This document shows positions 28,968-38,969 of a DNA stretch of 64,000 bases, in pieces (position 1 is the first letter of the stretch; each line of letters begins with the position of its first letter). The notes beneath the pieces were generated by a model. That model made no database searches and was not told the DNA's origin. It saw nothing but the letters and a program-made list of their open reading frames with translations. Made by a program: the position numbers and the translations under genes. Origin of the DNA: Candidatus Omnitrophota bacterium (lineage in GTDB: Bacteria; Omnitrophota; Gorgyraeia; Gygaellales; Profunditerraquicolaceae); assembly GCA_043800555.1 (NCBI GenBank), contig JAZDMX010000008.1, forward strand, positions 5,340-69,339, in the 5' to 3' direction.

Positions 28968-29605
28968 TAGATTTTTACGTACTCCCGCGCTTCAAGTTTA
29001 ACAAAATCAATAAATGACCGGCTGGCTTTTCTTACTCTGCCGGGGTATGCCTGGCTAAATTCGTGGAAACGTTTGAGTTTAAGGATCTCCAGGTTCTGGA
29101 AGCGGAATGCCTCAAACTCTCCGGGAGCGCCTTGAACATGTTCACGGAAATAGAAGAAATCCAAAATGGCTTTTTCCGGCAGAGCAATGAAAAAATCCTG
29201 ATTATTAGCTGAAACTTTGGTAAAACCGGAAAACAAGCTTTCCTTTACAGAACAATACTCAAATCTGCCCAAAGCATTAGTAAACGTCTGGGTTTTTTTG
29301 GGCGTGACTGAACTATACACAGTAACTTTTTCGGGAATAAGGTCATAGTAGCCAAGCGCGTATTCAAGGCTCAAATATGAAGGCATAACAAGGTAATTGG
29401 CAATGAATCGCGGTGAAGGCGCAATCTTGCAGTAAGTATCGCTAAAGACGTATACGCCTTTCTTGAGTTGAAGAAGGTAGCCTTTTTTTACCCATCCGCT
29501 TACCTGCCGCCTGATATCCGCGAGACTTTCATCTAGCATAGCAAAACTTGATGAGTCAATAATCGCGTTATCGCCGAAGTTTTGAAGGAATTCGTCAAAT
29601 TTCAT
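28967..29605 (-). CDS. AbiEi_4-type antitoxin, toxin-antitoxin pair 3
   Basis: 212 aa. The AbiEi motif is WVKKGYLLQLKKGVYVF. Its stop overlaps the toxin start by 1 nt. Confidence 0.75.
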   Translation of the reverse strand: MKFDEFLQNFGDNAIIDSSSFAMLDESLADIRRQVSGWVKKGYLLQLKKGVYVFSDTYCKIAPSPRFIANYLVMPSYLSLEYALGYYDLIPEKVTVYSSVTPKKTQTFTNALGRFEYCSVKESLFSGFTKVSANNQDFFIALPEKAILDFFYFREHVQGAPGEFEAFRFQNLEILKLKRFHEFSQAYPGRVRKASRSFIDFVKLEAREYVKI

Positions 29606-29681
29606 TTCTTTTCTCTTTATTGATATTTTTATCTATCTACAGAAACAAGTATACCACAAATCATCTCTTTTTCAAGCCCCC

Positions 29682-29764
29682 TTATTTTAAGTAAGGCGCG
29701 TATTTATCAAAGATTTTCCGGTAATTCCTGCTATAAGGCTTAAGCTCAAGCGCCTGGGTTAGCT
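29682..29764. repeat. Cassette-boundary direct repeat, copy 3: the native 3' end of CDS 29682-30026
   Basis: On the minus strand this sequence encodes the last 26 codons of that gene, LTQALELKPYSRNYRKIFDKYAPYLK*. Confidence 0.9.
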
Positions 29765-30026
29765 GGGTAAGGATGAGTTTGCGCGTCAGGGCGTTAGGCC
29801 TGGGGTTCTGCTGGATTAAATCCAGGGCATAGAGCATATGATACACGGCTTTTGCAGGCTCTGCCTCTATCGCCTTGGTTAACTGGCCTTTCCGGTAATA
29901 ATATTCAGAGTCTATCGGGTTTAAAACAGGAGTTAATAAGCAACTGGCGTAAATGACGCTTAAAATAAGTATGATAATCTTGGTTTTCATAAGCAGGTAA
30001 AATTTAAAAATCGGGCCGGACTTCAA
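29682..30026 (-). CDS. Hypothetical small secreted or membrane protein
   Basis: 114 aa. N-terminal hydrophobic segment, with helical-repeat character. Its 3' end is the template for the duplicated 83-bp repeat. Confidence 0.4.
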   Translation of the reverse strand: MKSGPIFKFYLLMKTKIIILILSVIYASCLLTPVLNPIDSEYYYRKGQLTKAIEAEPAKAVYHMLYALDLIQQNPRPNALTRKLILTQLTQALELKPYSRNYRKIFDKYAPYLK

Positions 30027-30441
30027 TTTTTGCTACCGGCTTGTGCGTTGATTTGCCATCTTTCATTAGAAAACCGAAATTGCCCTCGGTTAAGCCCTGC
30101 TGATTATTTTTCCGCCAGATCTCCCTCTTGACCTGTTTAATAGCTTCCTTTAATTCCGTTAAAGAATGCAGCCTTGCCTCCAGAACCGCTTTTTCTTGGA
30201 GCAGCTTTTGGTTGTCCCTGCGCGATTCCGTAAGCCTAATATTAACTTTATCCAGCTCTATCCTGGTTTTATCCAGCTCCTCCTGCGCGGCGAGAAGTTC
30301 CTGCGACAGATTAACATTAAGCAGGCGCTCTGAATCCAGCTTTGCCCGGGTATCCTTAAGTTTTATAGCCAGCCACACAGATACGCCGGCTAACAAGAGC
30401 ACAAGGAATATTATTACTATTCTGATTATTGTTTTCTTCAT
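30004..30441 (-). CDS. Membrane-anchored coiled-coil hypothetical protein
   Basis: 145 aa. N-terminal transmembrane segment, then a long coiled coil (LDKTRIELDKVNIRLTESRRDNQKLLQEKAVLEARL). Confidence 0.4.
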   Translation of the reverse strand: MKKTIIRIVIIFLVLLLAGVSVWLAIKLKDTRAKLDSERLLNVNLSQELLAAQEELDKTRIELDKVNIRLTESRRDNQKLLQEKAVLEARLHSLTELKEAIKQVKREIWRKNNQQGLTEGNFGFLMKDGKSTHKPVAKIEVRPDF

Positions 30442-30444
30442 CTC

Positions 30445-31881
30445 TTAATTTATTTTCCTTAGCGTAAATACATATAAGCGCGTAAAATAAACCAAAAACC
30501 CTATGATAAAAAGCAGGCCGATAACTCCGGTTTCCGAGGCAAGCTGCAGGTAATCGCAATGCGCGTAGCGTAAAAATTGCCCTCTCCATTCATGCGTGCG
30601 GTATTTGGGGAAAATTGAAGGGAACGTCCCGAACCCTGTGCCGGTAAGCGGAAAATCCCGGGCAATCTTTAAGGTGTCTGACCACATATCCGGCCGCATT
30701 TCGCTTAAAACCGCCGGTTCATGGATGACCGAGCGGATAATTTTGTTTAATTGCCTGAATTTCGCGTAAGTAGCGTCGGGCCCGATCCAGTATGAAATTA
30801 GCGCGCTTAAGCTGACGGCTAAGGCAAAAAAGAACGCCAGCCTCCCTCTCCTGTTTTTGCGCGCCCGTATGATTATAACGAAAAGGAATACCAGTTCCGC
30901 TATGATAAAGCTGATTATCCCGCCGCGCGATGAGGAATAAAAGATCGAGCCGGACATAATGATCGAATAAAACAGGTAGCTTATTGCCCGGCTTGCTTCG
31001 CTTGATGAAAGCCAGTTTAGCTTATTGCGGATGCCTTTAATCAGGAAAAACGATGAAAACCGCGCCTCTGCCATGAAAAATGCCACTGCCAGCCCCGCGC
31101 ACATCCCCATATAGCCGGCGTAGTGGTCGTAATTAATATAGGGCCCAAAATGGCTGCCATCTTTCTTGATCAACCAGTAAATTTTATGACTGCCGCTTAA
31201 TTTATGCGCAATCCCGAATACGGCAATAATAAATCCGGTCAAGATTATGGCGTTGATAACCTTATAGATAAATTTCCGGTCAATCCTCTGGTTTTTAGCG
31301 TTTAAGGCTGCGGCTAAAGCAAAAAGGACGCTGAAATAAAAGGCATTGGCGCAAATATGCAGGTTAAAGTCAACAAGGCTATGTATGAGTATTGCCAGCA
31401 TGCCGGTAAGGCAGCCGAGGCAAAGATACGCCATTTTTCTTTGCCCGGTTTCGTTATCTGCCGTAGAGTTACCCGCTGAAAACGCCCGGAAAAGTACCGT
31501 AACGAATATAAAACCGTAACTGATAAGCTTGATAAGCTCGGTAACCGATAGCCACGGGTAAATGCTAATAGGCCGCCAATTGCCGGTTTGTGAGTATGCC
31601 AGCGAATATTCGGCGTATAATTTGTAAGTGGCAGGGGAAACCAGCTTTAAAAGCGGCTGGGGAAGCGGGATAAGCTGGAATAAGAGATAAGCCAGAAAAA
31701 CAGCCGATAGGGCAATAACCGGAAACAAAAAAAGCTTTTTAAGGCTAAAACCCGGAGAGAAAACCGTAAGGTTGAACAAAATGAGCGCGGCCAGGGCAAA
31801 AAGAGTAATTGTCCAGGGTTGCGTCGCGCCCAAGGCAAGGGGCAGGAAGCATAACAATAATATTAGTAGGGTGTCTATCAA
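30445..31881 (-). CDS. O-antigen ligase family membrane protein (Wzy_C domain)
   Basis: 478 aa, polytopic. The motif HCDYLQLASETGVIGLLFIIGFLV belongs to the Wzy_C domain. Confidence 0.65.
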   Translation of the reverse strand: MIDTLLILLLCFLPLALGATQPWTITLFALAALILFNLTVFSPGFSLKKLFLFPVIALSAVFLAYLLFQLIPLPQPLLKLVSPATYKLYAEYSLAYSQTGNWRPISIYPWLSVTELIKLISYGFIFVTVLFRAFSAGNSTADNETGQRKMAYLCLGCLTGMLAILIHSLVDFNLHICANAFYFSVLFALAAALNAKNQRIDRKFIYKVINAIILTGFIIAVFGIAHKLSGSHKIYWLIKKDGSHFGPYINYDHYAGYMGMCAGLAVAFFMAEARFSSFFLIKGIRNKLNWLSSSEASRAISYLFYSIIMSGSIFYSSSRGGIISFIIAELVFLFVIIIRARKNRRGRLAFFFALAVSLSALISYWIGPDATYAKFRQLNKIIRSVIHEPAVLSEMRPDMWSDTLKIARDFPLTGTGFGTFPSIFPKYRTHEWRGQFLRYAHCDYLQLASETGVIGLLFIIGFLVYFTRLYVFTLRKIN

Positions 31882-33564
31882 CTATGCCTTCTTCTCCTTG
31901 TTTTTGCCGTCTTTAGCGTAGTGGTAATAATGGTAGTAGGCGTGATAGCCGAATTCTTCGGCTTTGAACATATTTAAAACGACGCCCAGGACATTTGAAT
32001 GCACGGAGCGGATGAGCTTCACTGACCTTAAAGCCGCCTGCCTGTGGGTAGCCCCTGCCTTAAACACCAGTATGCAGGCGTCAACTTTGGTGGAAAGTAT
32101 CACTGAATCGGTTGCTGCCAATACCGGCGGCGTATCAAAAATGATCCGGTCGTAGTTTTTGAGGAATTCCTGGATCAATCCTTCGATTTTCTTAGAACCC
32201 AGCAATTCCGCCGGATTAGGGGGGATAATCCCGCTGGGGAGGAAATCAAGGTTACTGATGCCGGTTTTCTTTATATGGGTTTTTATATCCAGGTTGTCGT
32301 AAGCCAGAAGCTCGGTGATGCCTCCGGCGTTAGAAACATTGAATACGTTATGCAGCGTGGGTTTACGCAGGTCCGCGTCAATCAGGATGACTTTTTCCCC
32401 GAACTGGGCAAAGACTGTCGCCAAATCCACCGCGGTGGTGGATTTACCTTCCCCGGGGGCGCAGCTGGTAACCATAATTACCTTTTTGCTTAAATCCGGG
32501 TTGCTGTAAATTATGTTGGTGCGTAAACCCCGGAAGCGCTCGGCAAACGCGGAATTATTTTCTTTGGAGCAAACAAGCGCAGGCGCGCCATTTTTTCCTT
32601 CTTCCGGAGCATAAACCGGAACGGTAGTCAGGCACGCCAGATGCAGGAAGCCTTCGATATCGGATTGCAATTTGATGCTCTGGTCCATATTCTCCAAAAG
32701 GAATACAACCCCTATCCCTATTCCTGCCCCCAGGAAAAAGGCCAGTAAGAGGTTCAAGAAGAGCCGCGGCCTTACCGGCTTTAAGGGAAATTCCCCGGCG
32801 TCCAGTATCTTGACGTTGGTGATCTTCTGGCCTTCTTTGATAAAACTAAAGGCGGATGTGGTGGAGGCGAATAATTTCTGTTTCTCTCCGCTTATCTTGG
32901 CGTTAATTGCGTCAATTTCCGATTGCAAACCCTGAATAATGGGGTGTTTATCCTTCAGGTATTTCAGGTTTTGCTCGATATCGGATTGAAGCTCTGCTTT
33001 GCGCTGGATGAATTGATCCAGCGAGGAATACACGATGTAGGCGTCTACCCAGGTATTGGCGATTTGCTCGGCAAGCTGCGGGTTAACGTCTTCGGCGCTT
33101 ATCTCGATGATCTGGGTCATCCGGACAGGCGTGATTTTTACCGTTTTTAAGAGGGCATTAACGCGCTCATCCCGGGTGATCTCTCTTGCTTTTCTCGGCC
33201 TGCCGCGCAGGTTGCCCCAGGGCTGGTAATCCCCCAGCTCGTTAAAAACCAAATTAGCGATGGAATGGCTTTTTAAGACTTCGATTTGCGAATTGTAGTA
33301 GTTGGCGCGGTCAGTGTAATCGGGGAGGACAGTCTCTTCTACTTTGACGATTTTAGGGGGCTTGCCTTCTATCATAATCCGCGCGGTGGATTTATACACC
33401 GGCCTATTGATACAAGAGTATAATAAGGCTAAAATTACGCAGATTAATATGGTATTTCCAATGAGACGGCGCTGCTTAAAGAGCTTTTCGTAAATCTGGC
33501 GCAGGTCAATCTCCAGGGTTTCTTCTTTTTGCAAGTATTCTTCTTTAACGGGTTCGCCGGTCAT
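31882..33564 (-). CDS. Polysaccharide co-polymerase / bacterial tyrosine autokinase (Wzc-like)
   Basis: 560 aa. N-terminal Wzz-type chain-length-determinant region with two transmembrane segments and a coiled coil, then a C-terminal P-loop ATPase with TSCAPGEGKSTTAVDLA, IDADLR, and a C-terminal tyrosine-rich tail YHAYYHYYHY. Confidence 0.85.
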   Translation of the reverse strand: MTGEPVKEEYLQKEETLEIDLRQIYEKLFKQRRLIGNTILICVILALLYSCINRPVYKSTARIMIEGKPPKIVKVEETVLPDYTDRANYYNSQIEVLKSHSIANLVFNELGDYQPWGNLRGRPRKAREITRDERVNALLKTVKITPVRMTQIIEISAEDVNPQLAEQIANTWVDAYIVYSSLDQFIQRKAELQSDIEQNLKYLKDKHPIIQGLQSEIDAINAKISGEKQKLFASTTSAFSFIKEGQKITNVKILDAGEFPLKPVRPRLFLNLLLAFFLGAGIGIGVVFLLENMDQSIKLQSDIEGFLHLACLTTVPVYAPEEGKNGAPALVCSKENNSAFAERFRGLRTNIIYSNPDLSKKVIMVTSCAPGEGKSTTAVDLATVFAQFGEKVILIDADLRKPTLHNVFNVSNAGGITELLAYDNLDIKTHIKKTGISNLDFLPSGIIPPNPAELLGSKKIEGLIQEFLKNYDRIIFDTPPVLAATDSVILSTKVDACILVFKAGATHRQAALRSVKLIRSVHSNVLGVVLNMFKAEEFGYHAYYHYYHYAKDGKNKEKKA

Positions 33565-33566
33565 TT

Positions 33567-34148
33567 TTAAAATAAGCTTTGCGGGACTACTACCACGTCT
33601 CCGGCCTGCAGCTCGATATTAGTCTTCTGCCTGCCTTTGTTTACGATGTCGGATACTCTTATCTTGAACTCGGTTTTAGAACCGTCGGGATTAGTGCGGA
33701 TGACTTTGGTGCCGTTAGGAGAGGCAATTTTGGTAAAGCCTTCAGCCAGGGAAATCAGCTCTACTACGGTAAGTTTTCCTTTGATAGGGTATGAGCCGGG
33801 CTTCTTTACCTCTCCCATAATGGAAACAGTGCTGTATTCTTCGATAACTACGGTTACCTGGGGGTTTACCAGGTAGTCTTTGTTTAGAAGCTCAAAAAGC
33901 TTTTGTTCCAAGTCGGAGGTGGTGAGCCCGCTGGCTTCCAATTCTCCGACCAGGGGGAAATTAATCATTCCCTGGGAAGAAACCCGCACCTTTTGGGAGA
34001 TAATCCCGTCTTTGCCGTAATGCACGTCAATCTGGAGCAGGTTTTCCGGGCCGATGCGGTAAGCGGTTTCTTCGGCAAAAAGGGGCTTTTGAGCAAGTAA
34101 ACCCGCTAAAGAAAAGGCCGCCACCGCTAATAGGAATATTCTTTTCAT
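33567..34148 (-). CDS. Polysaccharide export protein (Wza-like; Poly_export plus SLBB)
   Basis: 193 aa. Signal peptide present. The motif YRIGPENLLQIDV...GEVKKPGSYPI is typical of Wza periplasmic domains. Confidence 0.75.
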   Translation of the reverse strand: MKRIFLLAVAAFSLAGLLAQKPLFAEETAYRIGPENLLQIDVHYGKDGIISQKVRVSSQGMINFPLVGELEASGLTTSDLEQKLFELLNKDYLVNPQVTVVIEEYSTVSIMGEVKKPGSYPIKGKLTVVELISLAEGFTKIASPNGTKVIRTNPDGSKTEFKIRVSDIVNKGRQKTNIELQAGDVVVVPQSLF

Positions 34149-34168
34149 GAGAGTTGTTTGCGGCAGGC

Positions 34169-35377
34169 TTAAATCATAAAGGTGACCTTTGCCATTATCT
34201 GGCTGCGCTTATAATCCTGCGCGTCTATGCTGGAAAGGTCTTGCTTGTATTGATAATTAATGCCTAATTTTACCCAGTCTTTAGCTTGATATTCCAGGCC
34301 AAAGTCTCCCGTCCAGATGGTATCCCGGCGTTTTTTATCCAGGGTGGGGTCTTTTTCCGGGTAAAGGTTGCGGTCAACGCCTAAGGAACCCGTAAAATTG
34401 AATCTTTCCCACAACTTCTGGTTTAACTCGATGAGAAGGGAATTATTGTTATAGTAATTGTTGTTGGAATAAATTGATTCTATGGCCGTATCGATGAAGC
34501 TGATTTTTAACTGGGTGCGCTCGCTAAACTGGGTCAATAACCCGATTTCCGCGACGAAATTCTCAAACCCGTCCATCCCTTCCGTATCATACTGGCGGTT
34601 CTGGTAACCGACCTTGACAATACCTACGGTTTTGCCGGTGAGGTCGCCCTTTAACCCTACCCTTACCTGGTTATACGAGCCGTCCCGGGTCTTGTCGTGG
34701 ATATAGCCTATATCGGAATAATTATACTCGATTAAGGCCTTGGTTTTCGGGAAAAGCTGATAAAATACGGTATCGGTAAAGACGTCTTCGTTATAGTCGT
34801 AGCCTTCGTAGCTGTTATTGCTAAAAACCTTCAGGAAGTGCCGGTAGCCGAACTCATTGGCGAATTTATTGAATTCCGCCCCGAAAAGCACGTCGCTGGT
34901 ATTCTCAAAACGCTTTATCTGGGTGTTGTATTCTGTTGATGCCCTGTCGGAGGTATTGCGCAACAGGTCCCTAAAAGCAAGGTAGCCGAAAGGAAGCTTG
35001 AAATTGATCAGGCCGGTTGCGTCCTGGTTCTGGTAATTCTGGCTGGTGTAGTCAGAATAGCTGCCTATTTCCGCCGAATAGAGCAACTGCAGGTTATGGC
35101 GCTCATCCAGGCCAAAAGGCAGGTTCATAAAGAACCGGGGGTTGATTACGTTAATAGAGTCTGATTTTCTGTCGGTAGCGCTAAGGAAGATGTTGGTGTC
35201 AAACATTTCAGAAACGCCTACGGCGGCTTTAAAGTCAGCCTGGCCTATTTTTAAAGCGTTTTCCTTCTCCAGGTCTTTTCCTATAACAATGCCGTCCACC
35301 TTAAAATCATCTCCTGCCAGCGCGCGACCGCTTAACAATAACATTACCGCCAAAGCCAAAAATAAACCTTTTTTCAT
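34169..35377 (-). CDS. Outer-membrane beta-barrel protein of unknown function
   Basis: 402 aa. Signal peptide present. The sequence shows alternating-hydrophobic beta-strand character and is rich in Y, N and G. It is adjacent to the Wza/Wzc genes. Confidence 0.5.
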   Translation of the reverse strand: MKKGLFLALAVMLLLSGRALAGDDFKVDGIVIGKDLEKENALKIGQADFKAAVGVSEMFDTNIFLSATDRKSDSINVINPRFFMNLPFGLDERHNLQLLYSAEIGSYSDYTSQNYQNQDATGLINFKLPFGYLAFRDLLRNTSDRASTEYNTQIKRFENTSDVLFGAEFNKFANEFGYRHFLKVFSNNSYEGYDYNEDVFTDTVFYQLFPKTKALIEYNYSDIGYIHDKTRDGSYNQVRVGLKGDLTGKTVGIVKVGYQNRQYDTEGMDGFENFVAEIGLLTQFSERTQLKISFIDTAIESIYSNNNYYNNNSLLIELNQKLWERFNFTGSLGVDRNLYPEKDPTLDKKRRDTIWTGDFGLEYQAKDWVKLGINYQYKQDLSSIDAQDYKRSQIMAKVTFMI

Positions 35378-35399
35378 TTTTTTTCCTTTTCTTAAAAGA

Positions 35400-36014
35400 T
35401 TATTTCGATGGGCTGATATCTTTTCCGGCCTCTTCGTTGGTTACTTCATTCCTTACGTTTGGCACGTCAGGAAGCGGCGGAGGCGAGTAAGGTTCGGCCG
35501 TGAATTCAACCGTAGGGTTAGAAGGATCGCGGGTTACCGATGTTCCATCGGGAAGCTGGAAAACAACTGAACCTGAAACTACCTGAAAACTTCCGGTGTT
35601 AGTAGCTGTGTTTAAGGTTACATTAATGCTGCTGTTGGCCCCGACTGTAGCGCTTGTCCCGCCGCAAGAAACTACTGCTTGGCCGGCGGTAACGGCAATA
35701 TTGGCTGTTCCGGCCTCATTTAAGCCTAAATTAACCGTAGTGCCTGCGCTTACCTGGAGAGTAGAGCCTCCTATGGAAACTGAAACCGTAGAGGTGCCGC
35801 TGGTGGTAATGTTAGCTGAACCCGAAGTGACCGTGATTACCGCTCCATCAGGAATTTCCGGTAACGGCTGGTCTGCGGTTATCGTTACCGCGGTCCCGTC
35901 AGGCATAGTGATTTCTATTGTGCCGGTGCGGTTAGTAATATCTACCGCGGCAAAGGCCTGAAAAGCAAACAACGAACAAAAAACACCCGTCAGCAAAATT
36001 GCTCTTAGCTTCAT
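35400..36014 (-). CDS. Secreted low-complexity Thr/Ser/Gly/Val-rich repeat protein
   Basis: 204 aa. Signal peptide present. It carries repetitive VTxxSGxxNxT segments and a Pro-rich C-terminus. Confidence 0.45.
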   Translation of the reverse strand: MKLRAILLTGVFCSLFAFQAFAAVDITNRTGTIEITMPDGTAVTITADQPLPEIPDGAVITVTSGSANITTSGTSTVSVSIGGSTLQVSAGTTVNLGLNEAGTANIAVTAGQAVVSCGGTSATVGANSSINVTLNTATNTGSFQVVSGSVVFQLPDGTSVTRDPSNPTVEFTAEPYSPPPLPDVPNVRNEVTNEEAGKDISPSK

Positions 36015-36049
36015 TTCTCTCTCCTTTTTAGAATTTATATTTAGTTATA

Positions 36050-36078
36050 ATTCTATTGCGTAATGCCAATAATGTCAA
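36050..36078 (-). promoter_or_regulatory. Sigma70-like promoter: TTGACA, 17-nt spacer, TAGAAT
   Basis: On the minus strand: gcTTGACAttattggcattacgcaaTAGAATtat. It lies upstream of 35400-36014 and immediately downstream of palindromic repeat locus 3. Confidence 0.55.
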
Positions 36079-36108
36079 GCACTTTTATTCTTTTAAAAAA
36101 AGGGTGAA

Positions 36109-36181
36109 AAAAGGGGACGCGAAAAAAAGGGGACGTTTCTACTTTTCTGGCTTTAGCTACGGGAAAAGTAGAAACGTCCCC
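36109..36181. repeat. Palindromic intergenic repeat, locus 3. Partial left arm 36109-36123, full left arm about 36128-36147, loop TGGCTTTAGCTACGG, right arm 36163-36181.
   Basis: The same 20-mer arms as at the other loci. It lies directly after the groEL stop codon. Confidence 0.9.
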
Positions 36182-36194
36182 TTTTTTTTTAGGC

Positions 36195-37862
<1,668 letters not shown>

Positions 37863-37870
37863 TTATATGT

Positions 37871-38161
37871 TTATTTAATGACAGCGAGAATGTCTTCTTC
37901 GCGCATAATCAATAATTCTTCGCCTTCCTTGGTGGTGATCTCGTTGCCGGAATATTTTCCGTATAAAACCTTGTCCCCTACTTTGACTTCCGGAACCTGG
38001 GTGTTTCCGTTATCCAGGATTTTCCCTTTTCCTACGGCAATGACTTTACCCTCTTGAGGTTTTTCTTTTGCTGTGTCGGGCAGGACTATCCCACCTTTTG
38101 TTTTTGCTTCAGCCTCTAAAGGCTTGACTACGATGCGGTCTCCCAACGGCTTAATATCCAT
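37871..38161 (-). CDS. groES: Co-chaperonin GroES
   Basis: 96 aa. [29 protein letters not shown]. Confidence 0.97.
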   Translation of the reverse strand: MDIKPLGDRIVVKPLEAEAKTKGGIVLPDTAKEKPQEGKVIAVGKGKILDNGNTQVPEVKVGDKVLYGKYSGNEITTKEGEELLIMREEDILAVIK

Positions 38162-38187
38162 ACGCCCCTCCTTTAAAATTGGTTAAT

Positions 38188-38214
38188 TTAGCACTTAATT
38201 CCCAAGAGTGCTAA
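38188..38214. promoter_or_regulatory. CIRCE element (HrcA operator): TTAGCACTT-N9-GAGTGCTAA
   Basis: It matches the CIRCE consensus TTAGCACTC-N9-GAGTGCTAA almost exactly. It lies between the promoter and the groES ribosome-binding site. Confidence 0.9.
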
Positions 38215-38241
38215 TTATAAACAAAAAAAAATATTTGTCAA
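38214..38241 (-). promoter_or_regulatory. groESL sigma70 promoter: TTGACA, 16-nt spacer, TATAAT
   Basis: On the minus strand: aaacTTGACAaatatttttttttgttTATAATtagcactc. The -10 element abuts CIRCE. Confidence 0.75.
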
Positions 38242-38969
38242 GTTTTTTTAATAATTTTTTTATAGGTTAAGAAAATGCCTTTTAAAGTAAGGTTTTTATC
38301 TGCCTTAATTTTATGCTTAGAGAATCTTTTTATAAGCTCTATATCGCCGCCGGTCCCGATAACTTTGGTGTTTTTCCCGGTTTTAAGGCGTATTTTTTCG
38401 ATTAAGGCGTCTATTGCCCCTGCGCCCCCCAGTATTACCCCTTTCAAAATACAGCCCCGGGTATTTCTGCCGATGCCGGAATCCGGAGCGGTTAATTTAA
38501 CCTTAGGCAAGAGCGCCGTATTCAGGCTTAAGGCAAGAAACAAAGAATGTATCCCCGGGAGGATGTAACCGCCAAGGTATTCTTTGTTTTTCGATACGGC
38601 ATCTACCGTTATTGCCGTGCCGCAGCTTACCACAACCACCGGGGTAGAATAAATCCGGCTGGCAGCGTAAGCATTTACCAGGCGGTCAGGCCCAAGCTGC
38701 TTTGGCTCCTGATAAAGGTTTTTCAGCGGGACCCCGGCATTCTTGCCTATTATTAAAGGTTTTATGCCCAGCGATTTTTTTATGTCGATAATAAGCCTTC
38801 TGGTTATTTGCGGAGCTACGCTGCAAATAAGCGCGCCTTTTATGGGCAGGCCCAAGGAGCGCAAAGGCCGGTATTTCTTTACGGGGATAATCCAGCTTTT
38901 GACGATCCGGCTGCCCTTAAACACGGCCAAGGATATGTTGGTATTGCCTATATCAACGGCTAGTAGCAT
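38238..38969 (-). CDS. coaX: Type III pantothenate kinase
   Basis: 243 aa. MLLAVDIGNTNISLAVF, with the ASKHA fold. Confidence 0.9.
   Translation of the reverse strand: MLLAVDIGNTNISLAVFKGSRIVKSWIIPVKKYRPLRSLGLPIKGALICSVAPQITRRLIIDIKKSLGIKPLIIGKNAGVPLKNLYQEPKQLGPDRLVNAYAASRIYSTPVVVVSCGTAITVDAVSKNKEYLGGYILPGIHSLFLALSLNTALLPKVKLTAPDSGIGRNTRGCILKGVILGGAGAIDALIEKIRLKTGKNTKVIGTGGDIELIKRFSKHKIKADKNLTLKGIFLTYKKIIKKT

Noticed and set aside
25904-29764. Integron cassette array (attC sites) as an explanation for the toxin-antitoxin cassette repeats
   Set aside because: The repeats are not imperfect palindromes with R''/L''-L'/R' structure, no intI or attI is in the window, and copy 3 is simply the coding 3' end of a resident gene. 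I kept it as an unexplained cassette-like arrangement instead.
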